The notes: generated by a model from the sequence alone, not told the origin. A stretch of 64,000 nt of DNA from Octopus sinensis (GCF_006345805.1 NC_043022.1:8060001-8124000), one strand, 5' to 3'; numbered from the stretch's first letter, positions 52,951-64,000 are shown. A program made the numbers and translations.

Positions 52951-53502
52951 CAAGTCAGTAGCTGGGGTGGGTGTGCTGAAAGTGTAACTGCTAGAGTAAG
53001 AATAGCCTGGGCAAAGTTTAGAGAGCTCTTACCCCTGCTGGTGACAAAAGGCCTCTCGCTCAGAGTAAAAGGCAGACTGTATGATGCATGTGTACGTACA
53101 GCCATGCTACATGGTAGTGAAACATGGGCCGTGACTGCTGAGGATATGCGTAAGCTCGCAAGAAATGAAGCCAGTATGCTCCGATGGATGTGTAATGTCA
53201 GTGTTCATAATCGTCAGAGTGTAAGTTCCTTGAGAGAAAAGTTGAACCTAAGAAGCGTCAGTTGTGGTGTGCAAGAGAGACGGCTGCACTGGTATGGTCA
53301 TGTGACGAGAAAGGCTGAAGATAGTTGTGTGCAAAAGTGCTACACCCTAGCAGTTGAGGGAACCTGTGGAAGAGGTAGACCCAGGAAAACCTGGGACGAG
53401 GTGGTGAAGCACGACCTTCGAACTTTAGGTCTCACTAAGGAAATGTCTAGAGACCGAGACCTATGGAAGTATGCTGTGCGTGAGAAGACCCGGCAAGACT
53501 AG
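52951..53502 (+). CDS. RTE LINE ORF2 C-terminal fragment (post-RT region), frame intact, 5'-truncated
   Basis: RVRIAWAKFREL...VKGRLYDACVRTAMLHGSETW...NEASMLRWMC...RRLHWYGHV...GRGRPRKTWDEVV..DL...DRDLWK is the characteristic RTE C-terminus. Confidence 0.85.
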   Translation, partial: QVSSWGGCAESVTARVRIAWAKFRELLPLLVTKGLSLRVKGRLYDACVRTAMLHGSETWAVTAEDMRKLARNEASMLRWMCNVSVHNRQSVSSLREKLNLRSVSCGVQERRLHWYGHVTRKAEDSCVQKCYTLAVEGTCGRGRPRKTWDEVVKHDLRTLGLTKEMSRDRDLWKYAVREKTRQD

Positions 53503-55696
53503 TCAGGCCATAACCCGTGGCCCCTACCTGGGACGTAGTCAGTCCTCCTGTGCATACCTTCCTTCTTGTGACACTTATGAAGACCTGTTGAGGCAAGTGA
53601 AAATCAAATCAAAACCAAATCAAAATAGATGAACATCAGTGGAATTGTATTCTGTGTGGTACCAGTGCCGGTGGCACACAAGAAAACCACCCAAACGTGG
53701 CCGTAGCCAGTACCGCATCGACTGGCCTCCGTGCTCTGGGCACAACAAACACCATCCGATCGTGGCCGTTCGCCAGCCTCATCTGGCACCTGTGTCGGTG
53801 GCACATAAAGACACCATCTGAAGACCCGGCGACGTAGTCAGTCCACCTGTGCATACCTTCCCTCTTATGACACTTGTGAAGACCTGTTGAGGCAAGTGTG
53901 TGACACTTGTGAAGACCTGTTGAGGCAAGTGTGTGACACTTGTGAAGACCTGTTGAGGCAGAGGCAAGTGTGTGACACTTTGTGAAGACCTGTTGAGGCA
54001 GAGGCAAGTGTGTGACACGTGTGAAGACCTGTTGAGGCAAGTGAAAATCAAACCAAATCAAAATAGATGAACATCAATGGAATTTGTATCTTTGTGGTTC
54101 CAGTACCGGTGGCACACAAGAAAACCATCCGAACGTGGCCGTAGCCAGTACCGCATCGACTGGCCTCCGTGCTGTGGGCACAACAAACACCATCTGATCG
54201 TGGCCGTTCACCAGCCTCATCTGGCACCTGTGTCGGTGGCACATAAAAACACCATCCGAAGACCCGGCGACGTAGTCAGTCCACCTGTGCATACCTTCCC
54301 TCTTATGACACTTGTGAAGACCTGTTGAGGCAAGTGTGTGACACTTGTGAAGACCTGTTGAGGCAGAGGCAAGTGTGTGACACTTGTGAAGACCTGTTGA
54401 GGCAGAGGCAAGTGTGTGACACTTGTGGAGACCTGTTGAGGCAAGTGTGTGACACGTGTGACACTTGTGAAGACCTGTTGAGGCAAGTGAAAATCAAACC
54501 AAATCAAAATAGATGAACATCAATGGAATTTGTATCTTTGTGGTTCCAGTACCGGTGGCACACAAGAAAACCATCCGAACGTGGCCGTAGCCAGTACCGC
54601 ATCGACTGGCCTCTGTGATGTGGGCACATAACAAACACCATCCGATCGTGGCCGTTCGCCAGCCTCATCTGGCACCTGTGTCGGTGGCACATAAAAACAC
54701 CAACCGAAGACCCGGCAAGACTAGTCAGGCCATAACCCGTGGCCCCTACCTGGGACGTAGTCAGTCCACCTGTGCATACCTTCCTTCCTTCTTGTGACAC
54801 TTGTGAAGACCTGTGAAGACCTCTTGAGGCAAGTGAAAATCAAAATCAAATCAAATCAAATCAAAACAAATCAAAATAGATGAACATCAATGGAATTTGT
54901 ATCTTTGTGGTACCAGTGCCGGTGGCACACAAGAAAACCATCCGAATGTGGCCGTAGCCAGTACCGCATCGACTGGCCTCCGTGCTGTGGGCACGTAACA
55001 AACACCATCCGATCGTGGCCGTTCGCCAGCCTCATCTGGCACCTGTGTCGGTGGCACATAAAAACACCATCCGAAGACCCGGCAAGACTAGTCAGGCCAT
55101 AACCCGTGGACCCTACCTGGGACGTAGTCAGTCCACCTGTGCATACCTTCCTTCTTGTGACACTTGTGAAGACCTGTTGAGGCAAGTGAAAATCAAAACA
55201 AATCAAAATAGATGAACATCAATGGAATTTGTATCTTTGTGGTACCAGTGCCGGTGGCACACAAGAAAATCATCCGAACGTGGCCGTAGCCAGTACCGCA
55301 TAGACTGGCCTCCGTGCTTTGGGGACGTAACAAACACCATCCGATCGTGGCCGTCCGCCAGCCTCATCTGGCACCTGTGTCGGTGGCACATAAAAACACC
55401 ATCCGAGCGTGGCCGTCTGCCAGCCTCGTCTGGCACCTGTGTCGGTGGCACATAAAAAACACCATCCGAGCGTGGCCGTTCGCCAGCCTCATCTGGCACC
55501 TGTGTCGGTGGCACATAAAATCACCCACTACACTCTCGGAGTGGTTGGCGTTAGGAAGGGCATCCAGCTGTAGAAACACTGCCAGATCTGACTGGCCTGG
55601 TGCAGCCTTCGGGCTCCCCAGACCCCAGTTGAACCGTCCAACCCATGCTAGCATGGAAAACGGACGCTAAATGACGATGATGATGACGATGATGAT
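52951..55696 (+). mobile_element. 5'-truncated RTE-clade LINE with a five-fold tandem 3' region and (GAT)n tail
   Basis: RT C-terminal ORF, then repeated units starting gaagacccggc at 53484, 53820, 54258, 54706, 55073; terminal ggcgttaggaagggcatccagctgtagaaa...(gat)n. Confidence 0.92.
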
Positions 55697-55713
55697 ATAT
55701 ATATATATATATA

Positions 55714-55975
55714 TATTGTGAAGTATATTTGCCACCTAAATGTGGCTGACCCATATGGAAAGATGCTACTATTGTTTATAGCCCCAGGAAGACATCTCCT
55801 CCAGCTGGCTAATGACACAGTCTGTGTCTGATCAGTATTTGCTAAGGGAAATACTGATCAGACACAGACTGTGTCATTAGCCAGCTGGAGGAGATGTCTT
55901 CCTGGGGCTATAAACAACAGTAGCATCTTTCCATATGGGTCAGCCACATTTAGGTGGCAAATATACTTCACAATA
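55714..55975. repeat. Near-perfect palindrome, 127-bp arms, 8-nt loop, flanked by (TA)n
   Basis: 55714-55840 vs 55849-55975 are reverse complements with 1 mismatch; loop gctaaggg. Confidence 0.93.
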
Positions 55976-56134
55976 TATATATATTTATATATATATATTA
56001 TTACACACACACAATAGGCTTCTTTCAGTTTCCACCTCCCAAATTCACATGCCAGCTCAACAAATGATATTGAGTTTGTGTGCCACGAGGAGAGAAGAGT
56101 TCTGACATTTCTGCAGAAATTCCTTTTATCTTTT

Positions 56135-56471
56135 GTCTTCTACCATTCACGTGTTTCAGTCATTAGACTGTGGCAATGCTGGAGCACACTTTGAAGAATC
56201 CTTAATTGAATGAATCATCCACAGTACTTTATTTCTTTTCAAGTCAGGTACTTAATTCTGTCGATCTCTTTTGTAGAGCTGCTAAGTTACAGGGATGTAA
56301 ATATGCCAACACCAGTTGTCAAGCAGTGATGGGAGATAAGCACAGACACAAAGACACATACAGATATATATATTTATATGTATGTATATATATATATATA
56401 GTTTTCTGGCTGCTATTTCTAATACTTTCGGTATGTGGTCTAGCAACTTGTTGCAAAGACCCTCATTGTTA

Positions 56472-56506
<35 letters not shown>

Positions 56507-56665
56507 GACAGGTGTCTTTCAGTTTCTGTCTACCAAATCCACTCACAAGGCTTTGGTCAGCCTGAGGCTATAGTAGAAGACATTTATGCCCAAGGTGCCA
56601 CACAGTGGGACTGAACCCAGAACCTTGTAGTTTAGAAGTGAGCTTCTTACCACACAGCCATCCCT
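56135..56665 (-). mobile_element. SINE family A with an inserted PLE-like end (56400-56480)
   Basis: 3' half 56135-56340, head 56505-56665; insert ggctgctatttctaatactttcggtatgtgg matches 19425-19490. Confidence 0.75.
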
Positions 56666-57479
56666 GAGTCTATTCTACTTCAAAGGAATACAAAATTTGT
56701 AACATAAACCAAATCTAGGTGCTGTGAACATGTGTAGGTTGGGATACTTGTAGAGGCTTCTTTGAAGAATCAGAAAAGAAATTGTCAAAATAGAATTAGT
56801 TGATATGTGGGTTTTGACATTAGTGGAAGGGCTTTTTCTTCAAAGAAATACCTCACCTCACCACTCAATACATCAGAAATAACCTCTTTTCCTGGCAACA
56901 CAGACTCGATATATTATATAAATTTGACAGATTTCTGTCAAGCCCATAATGTTTTATAGATAGCTTTTTGTGTCATTGTGGTTTAGCCCAAGGCCAATCC
57001 TCATCATGTGAACCTATCTTCAACTACTATAAACCCATGTGTCATTTTAGAAATATCACTTGGACTATATTGTCTGTTGTGTCCTTTCTTTATTTAAAAT
57101 GATTTTGGTCAAGTGTGTTCTACAATATCCTTGGGCTGACCAAAGTCTTGTGAGTGGATTTGGTAGATGGAAACTGAAAGAAGGCTGTCGTGTAAATACA
57201 TATATATGTATTTAGTATAATTCAGGTAAAAACCCTCATAACATGCATTTCAGAGCTCCTGCGCTATCATTTGGCAAACAGATGTTATTCTACAGCAGAG
57301 TATTTTCTAGGGTTGGATACATGTGTGAAACTCCTCCATGCATAGGATTAATATAAGAATAATATAGCATAAGTATGGAAAATAGAAATCACAACATTTG
57401 TTTCTGCACCAGACACAAGCTTTAAGTTGCTGAGTTTACATTCATTATTCTTTATAATTCCTGTATAATTAAATATTTT

Positions 57480-57710
57480 TCCGCATGAGCTATATATAAA
57501 AAAATTAACAAAAAGAGATAAAAATCCAAGGCTGTGAAAGATTTCAGAACATTTATAAATAGAAGGTCTTATAGCTGTTTCCAGGATATTTTATATATCC
57601 CTTCATCGGAGATGGTGTGAGAAAATGGTTAAGCAATAGTTATTTTGGATAAATATGAAATATAGAGTGAAGTGGAGGAATGAAAATAGATGTGAGATAT
57701 GTAGGGATAT
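57480..57710 (-). mobile_element. PLE-like terminal repeat (ACAGCUGU family) with mutated HHR
   Basis: 57566-57613 minus: UCU CCGAUGA A GGGAUAU..AUAUCCU G GAAAC AGCU AUA AGA (U4>C, G16.2>A). Confidence 0.65.
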
Positions 57711-57717
57711 TACATCT

Positions 57718-57915
57718 AATTTTGGCACAAGGCCAGCAGTTTCAGGGAGTGAGTAAGTTGATTATATCAATACCAGAATTCAACTGGTACTTATTTTATC
57801 GACCCCAAAAGGATGAAAAGCAAAGTTGATCCTGGTAGTATTTGAACTCATAATGTAAAATCAGACGAAATGCTGCTCAGCAATATTTTCCAGCATCGTA
57901 ACAATTCTGTCAGCT
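57718..57915 (-). mobile_element. SINE B2
   Basis: tttggcacaaggccagcag...gaccccaaaaggatgaaaagc...tttgaactc. Confidence 0.8.
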
Positions 57916-57925
57916 TGTCTTATAC

Positions 57926-58404
57926 CAGTAATCACTCACTATATAGTGCTTCACCTATCGTGTGCTCAGTACATCACGGATTTTTCTAGCTAATATACAT
58001 AAATTTATATCGCGGGTTTCTGTGGCTGATAGGTATATATATTTTTTTAGATTTTAATTATTTCAGTGGTAAAATAAGCATTTACACGCCTAAAAATTAA
58101 TAAATTAATAAATAAAAATATAGTACAGTACTGCACTGTATAACACATTAATTAAAATATATTAAAAGAAAATAAATAGTGTACTGTAAATGAGTAAACA
58201 AAGAATCGCACATACCATATGGAAAACGAAACTTGGGAGGTGAGTGTGAGGTGTTGCCTTGCATTTATAATAAAACAAATATATACAAATTATAAAAATA
58301 ATTTTAAAAAATATACAGTACAGTACTGTTTCTACTTCACAGATTTTCACCTATCACTGAGGTGTGTGTGGTTTGGAATACCCGTGATAGTTGAGGGATT
58401 ACTG
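57926..58404. mobile_element. Tigger/pogo-like MITE
   Basis: TIRs cagtaatcactcactatatag / gtgatagttgagggattactg, followed by TA. Confidence 0.75.
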
Positions 58405-58573
58405 TATATCCATGATAGATCGGTAGCCACTACACACATTTTCTTTCTCTCTGTAGAAGAGCGTAGGCTCGAAACGTAAAAGACTTTTTCAATTTCCGAG
58501 CGTGATACTAATACATCTGTTTGTTTTCTACACCACCTGTCTTTGTCTTTTGTTTTTTTTTGTGAATTCTCCC

Positions 58574-58575
<2 letters not shown>
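58405..58575 (+). mobile_element. PLE-like terminal repeat (GAGCGUAGGCUC family)
   Basis: CTGTAGA A GAGC GTAG GCTC GAAAC GTA aaaga at 58451-58483; ends gtgaattctccc-(TA). Confidence 0.75.
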
Positions 58576-58617
<42 letters not shown>

Positions 58618-58652
58618 TAGATAGATATATATAGTTAGATAAAGATAGTTAT

Positions 58653-58738
58653 GGCCGGCCTATGGGATGACCCTGAGTTTCAGATCCATAAAGCACTTAA
58701 CTTTATGGTATTTCTTCAGACCCTAAAGGCTAGTGGCC
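58653..58738 (-). ncRNA. Type I hammerhead ribozyme in the 3' repeat of a PLE
   Basis: GGCC ACUA GCCU U UAGGGU CUGAAGA AAUA CCAUAAAG(7)CUUUAUGG AUCU GAA ACU CAG GGU C^AUCCCA U AGGC C GGCC; long stem I, 8-bp stem II with an unpaired base. Confidence 0.6.
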
Positions 58739-58875
58739 TATAACCTCACTTCAAAGTGGAGAGAGAAAAGACCTTGTAGCTACTTGTTGAATGCATGGAC
58801 AAAGGAGAAAGGTTAAGTGCAAGGGATTGTCTCCCTTAGACAGCTATTCATAGTCATTGTGGTTGGCTCATGGAT

Positions 58876-59245
58876 TTCAGGACTTCAGTAGAATCTCCTG
58901 AAGTGTAAGTAGGGTTGGAAGACTTCCGTTCTGGAATTTAAGATGTTCTCCAGTCAAGGGAGTTCTTTGATAGTCTTGCCCATTCAGCTATGCACAGCTT
59001 GCAACATTTACTCCCATTGATGTTGGGGCCTGCTTCTTCTAGGATCTTCCATGAGATTATGTGTGGAATCTCTTCATCCTTCAGGTGCTACACATGACTG
59101 ATCAAGGGCGTAGTGTATCATCTCTCTTGGATCCTGAATGAGGACGTGTGACTGGAAAGACACTGCTTAAAGGTGTTTCTGGAGCATCCGATGTATCTTT
59201 GTATATTGTTGCAGGTGATGCTGCATCTGTTGATGTTGATGCCAT
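58876..59245 (-). pseudogene. Penelope-like element GIY-YIG endonuclease C-terminus (2 in-frame stops, 1 frameshift)
   Basis: RCSITCNNIQRYIGCSRNTFKQCLSSHTSSFR...LISHV*HLKDEEIPHIISWKILEEAGPNINGSKCCKLCIAE...ILNSRTEVFQPYLH matches the Neptune-type PLE ORF end (YIG, H, CxxC, LNxRxE). Confidence 0.85.
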
Positions 59246-59599
59246 GACAAGAGCAGCCACTGCCATTGTAGTGCCAATAACAGCTCCAACAGCAATGATG
59301 ATGGCTATTGTAGCACCATCGGCACCAGCACCAACACTGCCACTGACGATGTGCCCTATGCCAGCATCAATACCAACACTAACACCATCCCCGAGTTCCT
59401 ACGCAACCGCTTAGCCTGGATGTGCATTCTTCCATCCGTCGATGCTCTCGGTATCGGGGGTTGACCTGCTTTCACTTCTATGGGTCTTATAAATAGCAAA
59501 GGACCACGTTTTGGACTTCTCTCACTACAGACAAATGGGACAAAGACTGCTTCGCTCAACAAGCAAACAAACACCAACACCAATACCCAACACCAGCAG

Positions 59600-59830
59600 A
59601 AGTGGCAGCGTCTTGAGCAAAACACTTCATTCCACGTTGCTCTGCAACCACCTTGACAACTGACATGTGGCACACTGCGCACCTGCACAGACAATGTTGA
59701 TTCATGGAGGGGGGGAGCTAATGTACAACCACAAATATTCGATCACTACAGACAAATCATCTGTACAGGTTGTTCAACAAGATGTTGTGGAACCCGTCAT
59801 CTCTTGTCTACTACAAGAGAGTCCAACACA
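59600..59830 (+). mobile_element. SINE family D body
   Basis: cttgagcaaaacacttcattccacgttgctctgc...cacactgcgcacctg matches 39660-39760 (minus). Confidence 0.55.
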
Positions 59831-59890
59831 CATATACATACTTGCATGTACTCACTTGCTCACATGTATATATATATATGTATATATATA

Positions 59891-59934
<44 letters not shown>

Positions 59935-60006
59935 CAAATATATATATGTATGTATGTTTGTATGTATATATATATATATATACATATAAATATATATATA
60001 TGTATG

Positions 60007-60086
<80 letters not shown>

Positions 60087-60994
60087 GATACATATTTTTG
60101 TAACATGTTATATTTTAATGCAAAATTGATTTGCTTAGCAGCATAAGTAGCAAAATTTTGGCACTTGTTTCAAGTCATTAAGTAAAATGGCAAAAAAAAA
60201 ATAATAATAATTTGCAAAAAAAAAAGCAATGCAAATAAAAAGTATAATGGGAAAGAAAATGAAAGAGGGGAAAAAAGTGGGGGAGATATAAAACTAATGA
60301 TAGCAGCAACAAAAATATAATAAAGAAGAGCATTAACAGCAAGAAAAATGATTAGAAGTTCTAATGCAGGACTACAGCATTAGATTTTATTGAAATTTGT
60401 TTGTATATTTCTGACAATTCATCAGAATGGATTCGGTTTTTAACATCTCCATCTTGATATTTTGACAAGACAAATAAGTGTTTGCATGAAACCATTACAG
60501 AAAATTTTAGGTATCTTTCTTTTTACTGCTGCTACAATTTTTGCTGCTGTTGTTGTTGTTGCTGCTGCACGGCTTGTAAATTGGTTCATCTATAACTTAA
60601 TTTAAGAGTTGTAGTGATGAAATGACCTGGCGGAGGAAAGTTTTTTGGTGCTGGTCTCCAGATCGTGAGGTGGTCATAGGTTTGACTTCCAGACACTGAG
60701 TGAAGTATTGTGTCCAAAGAGCTGCTGACGTCTGATGTGAAAGAGGGAATGATGGAAGTTTGATCCGATCTGCTGGAGTTGTTTCAAGCCTACGAAGAGA
60801 TGTTGCTTCAATGTAACAAAAGGATTAAATGTAGGCATATATTTGTGATCCAGAAACAAAGGCTCAGGCCATAGAATGGCTTCACACCCTTTCTCTTAAT
60901 TCTTAAAAGCTTGTGGATGGGGCAGTACAGAATGTCATGGTGACGTTCTTTTTTTTTCCTTTTTGTATCAAGGTAGTCATTCTCAAGAGCAATG

Positions 60995-61292
60995 AGTCTT
61001 AACCATTTTTACCTATGGTACCTATGATTCATATTTTACTTTTCTGGACCTCCATAGCCATTTGGCATGTATGAAAAAAAAACATCCATCTATATTTTGA
61101 AAATAAAATATTATTAAGAATTGTAAAAAGAAAATTAGAATATCTTGTGTATTGTGGAGGTATAAATAATTTATTGACAACAAAATCTTACGGGAACCCC
61201 CAAGGATCATATGGACCTCTAAATGTTATATGAACCTCTAAATGTCATATGAACCTCTAAAGGTAATATGGATCCTGGTTGAGAACCACTTG
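60995..61292 (-). mobile_element. hAT MITE, same family as 49525-49781
   Basis: ggatcctggttgagaaccact end; internal 19-bp triplet repeat (gacctctaaatgt). Confidence 0.75.
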
Positions 61293-61416
61293 TTTAGAGT
61301 AATATTACTTCACAGGAGGGGCAGCTTAGATATCAGGGATTCTCTCCAACTTAAGCTCCTACTCCTTTACATTGAGAGGTCACTGCTCCAATACTATTAG
61401 ATTATCAAAAGAAAGT

Positions 61417-61640
61417 GGAGGCACATAACTTAGTGGTTAGGGTGTTGGACTCATGATTGTAAGATTGTGGTTTCAATTCCTGGACTGGGCAACACATTGT
61501 TCTTGAGCACTTCTCTAGTCCACTCAGCTGGCAAAAGGGAACAATCCTGTGATGGACTGGCGTCCCATCCAGGTGGGGAATATATACACCAATGAAACGG
61601 AATTTGGCCCATATGAGTTGGTATGATTCGAGAAGGTAAC
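61417..61640 (+). mobile_element. SINE family C with V-domain-like block
   Basis: ggaggcacataacttagtggttagg head; cctgtgatggactggcgtcccatccaggtgggg. Confidence 0.8.
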
Positions 61641-61669
61641 CTTTATCCTTTTTTTAGAATCATAAGAAA

Positions 61670-61915
61670 GACTCGCAAGATGGATTCCTCAAGCCAAGCA
61701 ACCAGTAGGAGACCTAGGCATAGAGCAAGAACAAGATGGTTTGATAATATCCATTAACTCACATAGTTATACTTGGGAATCCCAGCAGAAAAGCGTAATG
61801 AAAATTGCTTCTGATAGGACCCTGTGGAGGTTTCTGCAGGCTCTAACCCCGTGACACTCCTGGGAATAGCAAATGGAAAAGATGGATGGATGGCTGTACC
61901 ATGAACAGTGAGCAG
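61670..61915 (+). pseudogene. Expander/Rex3-like RTE 3' end
   Basis: SRRPRHRARTRWFDNIH*L...LGIPAE (cf. RRPRGRPRTRW.D.I..L...LGIP.E); ends gaaaagatggatggatgg. Confidence 0.65.
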
Positions 61916-62376
61916 CACATTAAGTCACTGAAGAACTGAGAGGAGAGCCATTGAGAGAAGATCAAACAATAGTCTGAAAAGGAGACATATACACTTTGAC
62001 AGTGGTTGATCACACATACCTCTGTAGCAATAAATAGATAAAAAGGAAAGAAATCAGGAAGCCAGTCAGTGACACCCCTTGCATCATACAGCTCAGATCT
62101 GGCTGTATCTACCTTCCATCTGTTTGGTTCAATGAATAACAGTTTTTGTGGGAGAAAGATTTCATGAGACAAACGAAGTGAAAGTAGTTGCGAAGAAGAG
62201 GTGACAAAAGTGCACACCTGAATTTTTTCAAGTGGATTCAGGAGTTGGATTCACTTATGGTGCAAATGCATTGCTTGTCAGGGAGATTATGTTGAGTAAT
62301 GTTTTGTGTAGAGAGGACCTATCCACCACAGGAGAATTGATAGTGATACTGGTACCGTATAAAAAGTATTGGTGTT

Positions 62377-62745
62377 CATGCCACATAAAAAGCACTGGTG
62401 CTGGTGCCACATAAAAGGCACTCATGCTGGTGCCACATAAAAGGCACTCATGCTGGTGCCACATAAAAGGCACTCATGCTGGTGCCACATAAAAAGTACT
62501 GGTGCTAGTTCACATAAAAATACTCATGCTGGTGCCATGTTAAAAGCACTGGTGCTGGTGTCACATAAAATGCACCCAATAGACTTTGTAAAGTGGCTGA
62601 ATTAGGAAGGGCATCCAACTGTAGAAACTATGCCAAAGCAGACAATGGAACCTGGTGTAGCCTCTAGCCTTACCAGCTCTGGTCAAACCATCCAATCCAT
62701 GCCAGCATGAAAACTGGATGTTAAATGATGATGGTGATGATGATG
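62377..62745 (+). mobile_element. RTE 3' tail preceded by ~7 copies of a 26-bp unit
   Basis: ggtgccacataaaaggcactcatgct at 62403, 62429, 62455...; then aggaagggcatccaactgtagaaac and (gat)n. Confidence 0.85.
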
Positions 62746-62751
62746 AAGGTG

Positions 62752-62955
62752 GAAAACTGGCTGAGTCATTAGCATGCCAGGCAAAATGCTTAACTGCATT
62801 TTGTCTGTCTTTACATTCTGAGTTCAAATTCTGCCGAGGTTGACTTTGCCTTTCATCCTTTTGGGGTCGATAAATTAAGAATCTGTTGAGTACTGGGGTT
62901 GATGTAATTGATTTACTGTTTCCCTTAAAATTGCTGGCCTTGTGCCAAAATTTGA
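62752..62955 (+). mobile_element. SINE B2
   Basis: gagttcaaattctgccgaggttgactttgcctttcatccttttggggtcgataaattaag...ggccttgtgccaaaatttgaaa. Confidence 0.85.
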
Positions 62956-63227
62956 AATCAGTATTTTGTATAGCAGAAGAGTTACTGTACCAAAATATGC
63001 CATTTGAGAAATCCATGACGTTTAATAAAAAGAAAACTTTGGATACTTTTGGATCACTTTTGGCACAACACTCCATATTTATTATGTTTATGTATCTGTT
63101 TTGCAAGATTCTTCATGTGAAAACATGTGTTGAAACAGATATTGTTATCCTTGGGGATGGTCATATTTTGTCAGTTAAACACACACACTGTTTATTTGAT
63201 CTTCACTTCAGTTTCATTAGTATCACT

Positions 63228-63400
63228 TTCAGCCACCCGCTACACTCTTGGAGTGGTTGGCATTAGGAAGGGCATCCAGCTGTTGAAACCATGCCAAATC
63301 AGATTAGAACCTGGTGCAGCTCCCCGGCTTACCAGTTTTCAGTCAAACTATCCAACCCATGCCGGCATGGAAAGCAGACGTTAAATGATGATGATGATGA
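63228..63400 (+). mobile_element. Solo RTE 3' tail
   Basis: gctacactcttggagtggttggcattaggaagggcatccagctg...gttaaatgatgatg. Confidence 0.85.
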
Positions 63401-63764
63401 TTGTTTGTCAAAATTCTTTCATCAAACATTTGTGAGGGAGCTCCTTTCTAAGAGATAAATAGTACTAAATGGCATAGAAGTACTAAATGGGATAGGTGAT
63501 AGAAGAGGAGACACGTGGGACAGAGAGTCACTGATGAGGTCACAGATTTGTGTGATGAAAGGACTGTGACTGACATATAGAGTAAAACTAATACAAATAA
63601 AGCCTAAAGTGAAAATTGAATAAACAGTGCATGTATTTGATTGACAAAACATGACCATCTTCAAGTATAACAACTCTGTATGTATGTTTGTATGTAAGTA
63701 TCTTTTATCTGCTTCAGTCAGTGGACTGTGGCATAGTTATAATAAGGCTTCTTCCAATATTTTT

Positions 63765-63965
63765 TTTTACTTACTTCAGTCATTTGACTGTGGCCATGCT
63801 GGAGCACTGCTTTTAGTTGAGCAAATCGACCCCACGACTTATTCTTTGGAAGCCTAGTCTTATTCTATTGGTCACTTTTTGCTGAACTGCTAAGTTACAG
63901 GATGTAAACACAGTAGCATTGGTTGTCAAGCGATGTTGTGGGGGGTCAAACAGACACACAAACAT
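63765..63965 (-). mobile_element. SINE family A, 3' half
   Basis: acttcagtcatttgactgtggccatgctggagcac...gacttattctttgg. Confidence 0.85.
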
Positions 63966-64000
63966 ATACATACACATACATATATATTTATACATATATA

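Larger units (their letters stand above)
60620..62260 (+). pseudogene. Old mariner transposase split by nested insertions
   Basis: 60620-60940 ...LLTSDVKEGMMEV*SDLLELFQ...DPETKAQAIEWLH; 61920-62260 HP.YSSDLAVSTFHLFGSM...PEFF. Confidence 0.6.

Noticed and set aside
59740-59830. LYRLFNK... as an inverted PLE RT-linker fragment
   Set aside because: The region continues SINE D sequence shared with 39660-39760; the peptide resemblance is probably chance.

Overview
Eukaryotic, very AT-rich, repeat-saturated non-coding (intronic or intergenic) DNA. It is most likely from an octopod cephalopod, inferred from the SINE families and the extreme (TA)n/(CA)n/(CAT)n/(AAT)n density, not database-verified. 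No intact host gene is recognisable, and almost all ORFs in the supplied track are microsatellite or trinucleotide translations. Recognisable content: degraded mariner/Tc1 transposases and MITEs (mariner, Tigger-like, hAT-like, piggyBac-like), a 5'-truncated RTE LINE with a tandemly multiplied 3' end, CR1/L2 and Expander-like LINE ends, four tRNA-headed SINE families, and many Penelope-like (PLE) terminal-repeat pieces, one still attached to a GIY-YIG endonuclease remnant. The most striking unexplained signal is a dense set of hammerhead-ribozyme (HHR) folds from about six unrelated repeat families. The best is a very young, ORF-less 383-bp tandem unit whose HHR has a U3:A8 swapped core plus Schistosoma-like tertiary elements, i.e. 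a retrozyme-like candidate circular-RNA monomer, followed by an inverted copy. Also notable are a young 4x ~696-bp tandem array and several near-perfect long palindromes. All coordinates were counted by hand (edges of degraded elements are approximate) and all folds were paired by eye, with no software or database searches.
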